From: an uncultured bacterium
GTDB lineage: Bacteria > Babelota > Babeliae > Babelales > JACPOV01
Reading direction: 5' to 3'
DNA: 64,000 nucleotides
Assembly (NCBI GenBank): GCA_963744715.1
Contig: CAVUUR010000006.1
Coordinates: 148,299-212,298 of the forward strand
Shown: positions 57,604 through 64,000 of the stretch, in pieces
How the letters are laid out: every line of letters begins with the position of its first letter
Numbering within the stretch: the stretch's first letter is position 1
The notes under the pieces: generated by a model
What the model was told of the DNA's origin: nothing
Databases searched by the model: none
The model's input: the letters and a program-made list of their open reading frames with translations, nothing else
Translations under genes and position numbers: made by a program

Positions 57604-58620
57604 TTATAAATATTGTTCTTTATTATTTTTTTTAAGCATTTGCACAATTTCTTTGATATGTTCGGTATTATCCGATTGTGCAATAAGTAATGCATCTTCT
57701 GTTTGAACAACACAAAGATTATTAACACCAATAAGAGCGACCAATTTGCCGGGAACGTCAATTTTATTGTTATGCGCATTCAATGCGATAACGTTTTGCT
57801 CAGATTTTTTAAGCGTAAGAAAGGTATCTAAATTGCCAACATCTGACCAATCAAATAGTGCAGGAACCACCCAAACATTATTGCTATGCTCCAAAACGGC
57901 ATGATCAAATGAGATTGAAGAAATTTTTTGATAATCATAACCCTGGTCAACGTACGCATGTACCATTTGATATAGCGTTAATGCATGCATACGAAATTCA
58001 CGTAAAAAAGTATCTACTTTGCCACAAAATATGCCACTATTCCATAGCATATTTTCTTGCTGAACATATTGTTGCGCAGATTGCAATGTTGGTTTTTCAT
58101 GAAAAGAATGTACTGGATATGCATCTTTATCAACATGCTCTGTATCGGCTTGAATATACCCGTAACCAGTTGCCGGATGGGTAGGTTTAATACCAAGTAA
58201 GGTAATAGAATCCTGTTTTTCAGAAACCTGTATTGCTTGCATTAATGTTTTTTGAAAAGCATCAGTATCTTTAATATAATGATCGGCTGGCACAAAAACA
58301 ATTAACGCTTCTGGATTGAGAGCATATATTTTTAAACATGCCAATAAAACTGCAGGCCCAGTATTACGCGTGGCCGGCTCTGTAGCGATAACACCCACGC
58401 GTGAACCAACCGCCTGTTGAATGGAAGCTTTTTGTTCATCTGTAGTAAAAATCCAAAGATTACTTTTGTCCACTAATGAATCTACACGATCGATAGTTTG
58501 CGCAAGCAGTGATGAACCATTAAGAGAAAGCAGTTGCTTGGGGTGCAGTTGCCTACTTAACGGCCACAGTCGCTCCCCTTTTCCTCCGGCAAGAATAACA
58601 ACGACGACGTTTTTGTTCAT
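57604..58620 (-). CDS. manC: Mannose-1-phosphate guanylyltransferase (nucleotidyltransferase domain only)
   Basis: VVVILAGGKGERLWPLSRQLHPKQLL. The size and layout fit the GDP-mannose pyrophosphorylase family. Confidence 0.75.
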   Translation of the reverse strand: MNKNVVVVILAGGKGERLWPLSRQLHPKQLLSLNGSSLLAQTIDRVDSLVDKSNLWIFTTDEQKASIQQAVGSRVGVIATEPATRNTGPAVLLACLKIYALNPEALIVFVPADHYIKDTDAFQKTLMQAIQVSEKQDSITLLGIKPTHPATGYGYIQADTEHVDKDAYPVHSFHEKPTLQSAQQYVQQENMLWNSGIFCGKVDTFLREFRMHALTLYQMVHAYVDQGYDYQKISSISFDHAVLEHSNNVWVVPALFDWSDVGNLDTFLTLKKSEQNVIALNAHNNKIDVPGKLVALIGVNNLCVVQTEDALLIAQSDNTEHIKEIVQMLKKNNKEQYL

Positions 58621-59357
58621 TACTTTTCTCTTTTTGCTGGCCTCACCGTTGAATATATTCGATTACCTAATAATTTAAAGAACATGCCTGCAACTTCAGC
58701 CATAATGGAAACTGATAATTTTGATTTTCCATAAATACGATTTTGTGCTTGTATAGGAACTTCAATAATAGTCGCACCTGCTTTTTTAGCATGATACAAT
58801 GATTCCATGCAAAATGAAAAACCATGAGAAGTAAAATGTTTGTACATTTCAGGCTTTAAAATGGAAATATTATATAATCTAAAAGCACCGGTGCAGTCAT
58901 ACGGCATACCTAAACCATATTTGATCATGCCGCGCCAAAAATAGGTAAATGGTAATCGAATTTTACCCCACCCGGACATGCCACCACCATACGTATAACG
59001 AGACCCAATGACAATATCTGCCTTATCGCGCTTTTCAAGCATCGTTGGAATATACAATGGGTTGTGCGTAAAATCAGCATCCATGGTCAGCAAATAGGAG
59101 TAATTTCGATTCCGCGCAAAATTAAATGCCTGTACATGAGCAGTGCCTAACCCCATTTTTTTTGGTCTATGCAGAACATGCACCGTGGAATCTTTTTTTT
59201 TAATAGTATCAATAACCGCCCCCGTTCCATCGGGTGAATTATCATCGATGAATAATATATCAACCGGTATACTTAATTCTTTGAGGGCTTTATATAAAAG
59301 AGGAACATTTTGACATTCATTATAGGTCGGTATCGCTACTAATATTGTATTTTGCAT
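58620..59357 (-). CDS. GT2 glycosyltransferase, polyprenol/dolichol-phosphate mannosyltransferase (Dpm1)-like
   Basis: VAIPTYNECQNV, FIDDNSPDGT, LTMDADFTHNP. AAGGAA lies upstream of the ATG at 59357. Confidence 0.8.
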   Translation of the reverse strand: MQNTILVAIPTYNECQNVPLLYKALKELSIPVDILFIDDNSPDGTGAVIDTIKKKDSTVHVLHRPKKMGLGTAHVQAFNFARNRNYSYLLTMDADFTHNPLYIPTMLEKRDKADIVIGSRYTYGGGMSGWGKIRLPFTYFWRGMIKYGLGMPYDCTGAFRLYNISILKPEMYKHFTSHGFSFCMESLYHAKKAGATIIEVPIQAQNRIYGKSKLSVSIMAEVAGMFFKLLGNRIYSTVRPAKREK

Positions 59358-59528
59358 ACTATATTTCCTTATCATAATTCTATACTTATTCATGTATAGT
59401 ACCTGTTTGCATAACTATACATATCCTTAAGTATACCACGTACTGCAAGAATAATTAGTATCAGTTAAAATATTCTGCATAGCCCAAGCAACCACCGCTC
59501 GCAATAATTTTCAGATAGTATATTTACA

Positions 59529-61712
59529 CTACAGTTCTTTAATACCTCCTCCTTGACAAGCAAGTTGATCAATAATCAGCGTAAGCTTTGCTACGCGATA
59601 AAGATGATCATACGAAATCGGCGGAGTAAATGAACTGTCCTTAAGATTATTAAAAAATGTTGTTATTAATGATTCATGACCTTTATCGGAAACGTGTTTC
59701 GACTCATTAAATGATGATGCCAATCCAAAACCTTGTAAGGTTTTGTAATCATCCATCACAATTGATTTTGAATCAAAAAATAATTCCATCCGCTCTTTGC
59801 CAAGCCCAGCATGACCTAAAGCTGTATAGAGTAATGTGCATACTGAACCATCGGCAAAACTAAGTTGTACTGAAAAATTATCGGTAGGGAAAAGATCATC
59901 GTGACTCGGTTTGAGTGATTCAACTGACACAGCAGTAGCATACGAATCAGTTAAAAAATAAAAAAGATCAATAATATGGCACGCTTCTCCGATAATTCTG
60001 CCAGCACCAATTTCTGTTTGTATCCAATGATCTCGTGATATAAATCCCGCATTCATTCGATAAAAAATCATTAACGGTGACGTTCTTTGTGTAATGACTG
60101 TTTTAATCTTTTTAATACAGGGAGCAAAAGATCTATTATAATCAACGCAAAATGGAATCATCGGATGTTGTTGCAAAAATGCATACAAACGATCCAATTG
60201 TTCAAAATCGGTAACCATCGGTTTTTCTAAAAAAACAGCCTTCCCATGCTTTAATGCGGTCAGTGCTTGATCACAATGATATTTATGAGGAGATGAAATA
60301 ATAACCGCATCAACCAAATTTTCATTAAATAACGCATCATCTTCCGTTAGTGCCCTACTCGCTTGATATAATTTTGAAATAGTTAAGGATGTGGCAACGT
60401 TAGCATCAACAATTGCATTAATTTTAACGTTATCAATGCGAGAAACGATCGGCATTAATTTAACTTTTGCAAAACCACCGGCACCAATAACGCCAACTCG
60501 AATCGTACCACCATGCATTGCCGGAATAAAACGAGGTGGTGTTTCTTCATCATTTTGATGGGCATCATTATGCTGTACCGCACCAATTTTTGGTTTTTCG
60601 ATATGTTCTTGATAAGAGATAAGTGCCGCTAATGCTTGTTGTTCTTTAATAGCAGCGTATGCAGATTCCACATTATCAACGTCAAAACAATCTGGAATTA
60701 GGGTATCAACAATAATCTTTTTTTGTTCAAGCAATGTTACAAATGCCTGCATGTTACGATTTTCTGTCCAACGAACATATGCATAAGGATAATCAATTCC
60801 TTGTTGTTCATAAGAACTATCATAGCGGCCGGGGCCATACGAACAAGAAATGAGCAGATCGATCTCTTTTTGATACAAAGGACTCCGCTCAAGTCCCAAT
60901 CCTACATCACCAACTACCACAACCTTGCCTTTTTTGCGCGTTATTTCCATTGCTTGTTGCATAATATCATTAGTTTTTGATGCAGCAGTAACGATAGTAA
61001 CATCGACACCGTAATGATTAGTGTGGGTTGCTAGTTGCTCAATTACTGAACTCGTTTTAGCATTAATAACAAAATCAGCACCATGCTGTTTTGCTAGAGT
61101 TAAACGATCTTCTAATAGATCAATGCCTATTACGGTTGCTCCTGATAATTTTGCAAGTTGTACGGTAAGTTGCCCAAGTAATCCTAATCCTAAAACACAT
61201 ACCGTTTCGCCCAATTGCACAGAAGCTCGGCGTAATCCTTGTAATGCAATAGCGCCTAAGGTCGATACACTTGCATGCTTAAGTAACGATTCATCACGTA
61301 CGTGAGCAACCAAATTTTCTGGCACACACACCATTGACGCATGGTTGGCAAATCCAGCACCGGCGCAAGCCACAAAATCACCCGGTCTAAAACGATTTAC
61401 TTTACTACCCACTGCAATAACTTTGCCCGAACAAGAATAACCGAGCATCTGCAAAGAGCCTTGCATTTTTTCTCGTATTAATGCTCTTGTTCCTTCAAGG
61501 CCGTTATGCGTAAGCGATTCTAATACTTTGGCTATTTTTTCTGGTATTTTATGCAATAAAGAACCTGATTGCGCATTATTAATGGTCGCCTGTTCCGTTC
61601 CCGGACTAATACATGAATAATGAACAGCAACGAGAACCATCTGCTTATCCAATATTGGTTGACAAACTTCTTTTATGCGCACTAAACCGTTTTCTAAAAA
61701 TACTTGTCTCAT
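59529..61712 (-). CDS. Bi-domain oxidoreductase (MDR alcohol-dehydrogenase-like N-half fused to a Gfo/Idh/MocA C-half)
   Basis: N-half has the Rossmann motif VLGLGLLGQL after a GroES-like fold. C-half has VGVIGAGGFAKVK and EKPMV, typical of Gfo/Idh/MocA. Confidence 0.75.
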   Translation of the reverse strand: MRQVFLENGLVRIKEVCQPILDKQMVLVAVHYSCISPGTEQATINNAQSGSLLHKIPEKIAKVLESLTHNGLEGTRALIREKMQGSLQMLGYSCSGKVIAVGSKVNRFRPGDFVACAGAGFANHASMVCVPENLVAHVRDESLLKHASVSTLGAIALQGLRRASVQLGETVCVLGLGLLGQLTVQLAKLSGATVIGIDLLEDRLTLAKQHGADFVINAKTSSVIEQLATHTNHYGVDVTIVTAASKTNDIMQQAMEITRKKGKVVVVGDVGLGLERSPLYQKEIDLLISCSYGPGRYDSSYEQQGIDYPYAYVRWTENRNMQAFVTLLEQKKIIVDTLIPDCFDVDNVESAYAAIKEQQALAALISYQEHIEKPKIGAVQHNDAHQNDEETPPRFIPAMHGGTIRVGVIGAGGFAKVKLMPIVSRIDNVKINAIVDANVATSLTISKLYQASRALTEDDALFNENLVDAVIISSPHKYHCDQALTALKHGKAVFLEKPMVTDFEQLDRLYAFLQQHPMIPFCVDYNRSFAPCIKKIKTVITQRTSPLMIFYRMNAGFISRDHWIQTEIGAGRIIGEACHIIDLFYFLTDSYATAVSVESLKPSHDDLFPTDNFSVQLSFADGSVCTLLYTALGHAGLGKERMELFFDSKSIVMDDYKTLQGFGLASSFNESKHVSDKGHESLITTFFNNLKDSSFTPPISYDHLYRVAKLTLIIDQLACQGGGIKEL

Positions 61713-61723
61713 GCATACTCCTT

Positions 61724-63037
61724 TTAATCTTGATTTATGGTAGGCATATGATAATAAGCATTGCTCGCTGGCCAGAACACATGTTCTTGTTCTTCTTGAT
61801 GTTTATGTTGTTCATATAAAAGTCCGCACACATCAATAACAATTTTATCATTAATCTCATACGTATTAAGAGTTTTAAATAGGCGATGATTAACTAAACA
61901 CACAATAATATCTGCTTGCTCCACTGCGTAGGCAAAAGGAACGGTTTGTTTATTAAGTTTGGAAATAATTATTTTTTCATCAACGTGCGGTTCGCAGAGT
62001 AAAAGGTCTATTGCATTATTTTTTAATAATTGCTCGGCAATTTCTAATGCAGGAGATTCTCGAATATCATCGATATCAGGTTTATAGGCCAGACCAAGTA
62101 AACTTACTTTACATACGCCAGCATGTTGTTGTTGCCATTTTTTAACATGTTCGTATATCGATGCTACAACCTGTTGGGGTTTTTCATCGTTAATTATGCG
62201 AGCTGCTTTTAATAACACCGTTTGCTCAGGAAATGTTTCAATTAAAAACCAAGGATCAACCGCAATGCAATGCCCTCCAACGCCTGCTGAAGGTTGCAAA
62301 ATATTCACGCGAGGATGTTTATTTGCTAATTCTATAATTTCAAAAGGATTTAAATGTAATTGATATGCCATTGCTGCAACTTGATGCGCAAAAGCAATAT
62401 TAACATCACGAAAACTATTTTCTACTAATTTGATCATTTCTGCTGTTGCTGCATTGGTTAAATAAAGAGGTCCTTTAACAAAATATTTGTATAATATTTT
62501 TGCTCGTTGCATCGATTCTTGATTAATTCCTCCTATAATGCGCGCATTATAGGTTAATTCTCTAAAGATATTTCCCGGCAAAACTCGCTCAGGGCAATGT
62601 GCAACAAAAAAATCTTCACCGGCTTTGAATCCAGTTTTTTCTTCAATGCGCTCAGAAAGTTTTTGTGTTGTACCAACGGGCACCGTTGACTCGAGAATAA
62701 CAACGTTGCCTTGGGTAATTACCTGCGTTATTAAATCTACCGCATGCCAAACATAAGAAAGATCCGCCGTTTTATCATTATTAAATGGGGTCGGAACAGC
62801 AATAAGAAAATAATCGGCAGGCTCTATGGTATTAGTGGCATAGAATTTTTTTGTTGAAAGAACCTGTTGTAATTTGTCAAAAATTTCAGGCTCTTGAATT
62901 ACCGGATCCGATTGATTAATCCGGTCAACCCTTTGCTTATCGATGTCAAAACCAATAACGTCAAGACCTTGCTGTGCTGCAACAATAGCCGTAGGCAATC
63001 CTATATATCCTAACCCTAAAATACATACTTTTTTCAT
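61724..63037 (-). CDS. wecC: UDP-N-acetyl-D-mannosamine dehydrogenase-like (UDP-sugar 6-dehydrogenase family)
   Basis: KVCILGLGYIGLPTA NAD-binding motif and catalytic-Cys region GVGGHCIAVDPWF. Confidence 0.8.
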   Translation of the reverse strand: MKKVCILGLGYIGLPTAIVAAQQGLDVIGFDIDKQRVDRINQSDPVIQEPEIFDKLQQVLSTKKFYATNTIEPADYFLIAVPTPFNNDKTADLSYVWHAVDLITQVITQGNVVILESTVPVGTTQKLSERIEEKTGFKAGEDFFVAHCPERVLPGNIFRELTYNARIIGGINQESMQRAKILYKYFVKGPLYLTNAATAEMIKLVENSFRDVNIAFAHQVAAMAYQLHLNPFEIIELANKHPRVNILQPSAGVGGHCIAVDPWFLIETFPEQTVLLKAARIINDEKPQQVVASIYEHVKKWQQQHAGVCKVSLLGLAYKPDIDDIRESPALEIAEQLLKNNAIDLLLCEPHVDEKIIISKLNKQTVPFAYAVEQADIIVCLVNHRLFKTLNTYEINDKIVIDVCGLLYEQHKHQEEQEHVFWPASNAYYHMPTINQD

Positions 63038-63058
63038 TACAAACCCTTTTTTTATGTA

Positions 63059-64000
63059 TCATCTCATTATTTCTTTAGCTGGTTTTACGGATATCATGTG
63101 CTGATACTGATCATTTAAATAATTATCGATATGGCAAACAATTTTATCAGCAGCATAACCATCACCATACACTGAATTTTTTTTTCTTGTTGCATGATCT
63201 TTATTGTATAATGTTTCCATAGCATCCAAAATAACAGCACTATCGGTTCCGGCTAAATGGCCAAGCCCTTCCCATATTCCCTCAGCGCGTTCTGTTTCAT
63301 TACGTAAAATTAATACATGCTTTCCTATGCTGATTGCTTCTTCATAAATACCTCCTGAATCAGTTGCAACCCACTCGGCATTGAGTAGTAGATAAATAAG
63401 ATTTTTATATAACAATGGTTTAAACATTATAATATTTTTTGTTGCACCTATATTTATTTGTTCGATTACCTGCACAACGTGAGGATTGGGATGATAAGGA
63501 TAAACAATTACAACATCATCATGCTGTTGTGCAAATTTTTGCATTGCCGTCAGAATATTAGCAATGCCACCATTGAATGATTCGCGTCGATGTGCTGTTA
63601 AAAGAATTAATTTTTTCTTATTAATCATACATTCTTGAACTAATGAATAAATATCATGATCTATTGCTATATCCCGCGTAGCAATTTTTTCTTGCATAAT
63701 ACGAAGCATGTCAACCACCGTGTTGCCACTATGTATAATACTATTGCGGTCAATATTTTCCGATAATAAATTACCAATTGCTAACGCAGTTGGCGCATAA
63801 TGGAAAGAACTAATCATACTTACAAAACGCCTATTCATTTCTTCAGGAAATGGTCTTTTAATAGTTTCCGTACGCAATCCGGCCTCAACATGACCAATCG
63901 GAATATTTAAATAAAATGCAGCTAACGCACCGGCCATGGTCGAGGTTGTATCTCCTTGCACTAAAACAAGTGATGGTTCTATTGTTACAAAAATATTTTT
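63059..64000 (-). CDS. wecB: UDP-N-acetylglucosamine 2-epimerase; N-terminus lies beyond the window end
   Basis: VLVQGDTTSTMAGALAAFYLNIPIGHVEAGLRT. The frame stays open to position 64000. Confidence 0.85.
   Translation of the reverse strand, partial: KNIFVTIEPSLVLVQGDTTSTMAGALAAFYLNIPIGHVEAGLRTETIKRPFPEEMNRRFVSMISSFHYAPTALAIGNLLSENIDRNSIIHSGNTVVDMLRIMQEKIATRDIAIDHDIYSLVQECMINKKKLILLTAHRRESFNGGIANILTAMQKFAQQHDDVVIVYPYHPNPHVVQVIEQINIGATKNIIMFKPLLYKNLIYLLLNAEWVATDSGGIYEEAISIGKHVLILRNETERAEGIWEGLGHLAGTDSAVILDAMETLYNKDHATRKKNSVYGDGYAADKIVCHIDNYLNDQYQHMISVKPAKEIMR

Noticed and set aside
1-64000. Alternative genetic code (TGA or TAG reassignment), CRISPR arrays, IS elements/transposases, prophage or integron structures
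   Set aside because: All conserved genes read through with the standard code and end at TAA, TAG or TGA. There are no regularly spaced direct repeats. No transposase, integrase or recombinase motifs appear in any ORF.

Overview
This is an AT-rich, gene-dense bacterial chromosomal segment that reads cleanly with the standard genetic code. I saw no rRNA, tRNA, CRISPR array, transposase or prophage. Two kinds of content are interleaved.

(1) Housekeeping genes recognisable from sequence motifs:
- a partial AlaX-like editing domain
- a COG2984-type ABC importer
- rseP
- nrdA-nrdB, where the R2 subunit carries the class Ic Glu/Phe substitutions
- a membrane pyrophosphatase of the K+-dependent type
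- murE, ruvX, tsaB, rsmE, gpmI, truA, typA, rpsF-rpsR, rnhB, psd, ftsY, prmC
- a pilM/pilN-like pair, and mutL
- an envelope-glycan cluster: manC, a Dpm1-like GT2, a fused MDR/Gfo oxidoreductase, wecC, and partial wecB

(2) An unusually dense set of orphan or eukaryote-like proteins that carry signal peptides:
- a tandem F-box-like family (one intact copy, two decayed)
- an F-box-like/WD40-like protein
- a WD40 protein
- a PPP-family phosphatase
- two families of ankyrin-repeat paralogues
- several small secreted tandem paralogues

Many genes are disrupted. typA and an XRE/S24 repressor are heavily decayed. murE, ruvX, the WD40 gene and others each carry single frameshifts. Together this suggests a host-associated genome, for example a protist symbiont like Dependentiae/TM6, Chlamydiae or Legionellales. 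That taxonomic guess is inference only.

The most notable observations are:
- a recurrent Ala-Met-Glu/Asp/Gln junction right after the signal peptide in 13 largely unrelated proteins
- a short amphipathic-helix module shared by the WD40, phosphatase and ankyrin proteins
- a triplicated promoter/leader cassette with an orphan start-codon stub in the ankyrin locus
- a GC-rich non-coding island with RNase P RNA-like motifs but no canonical P4 5' strand
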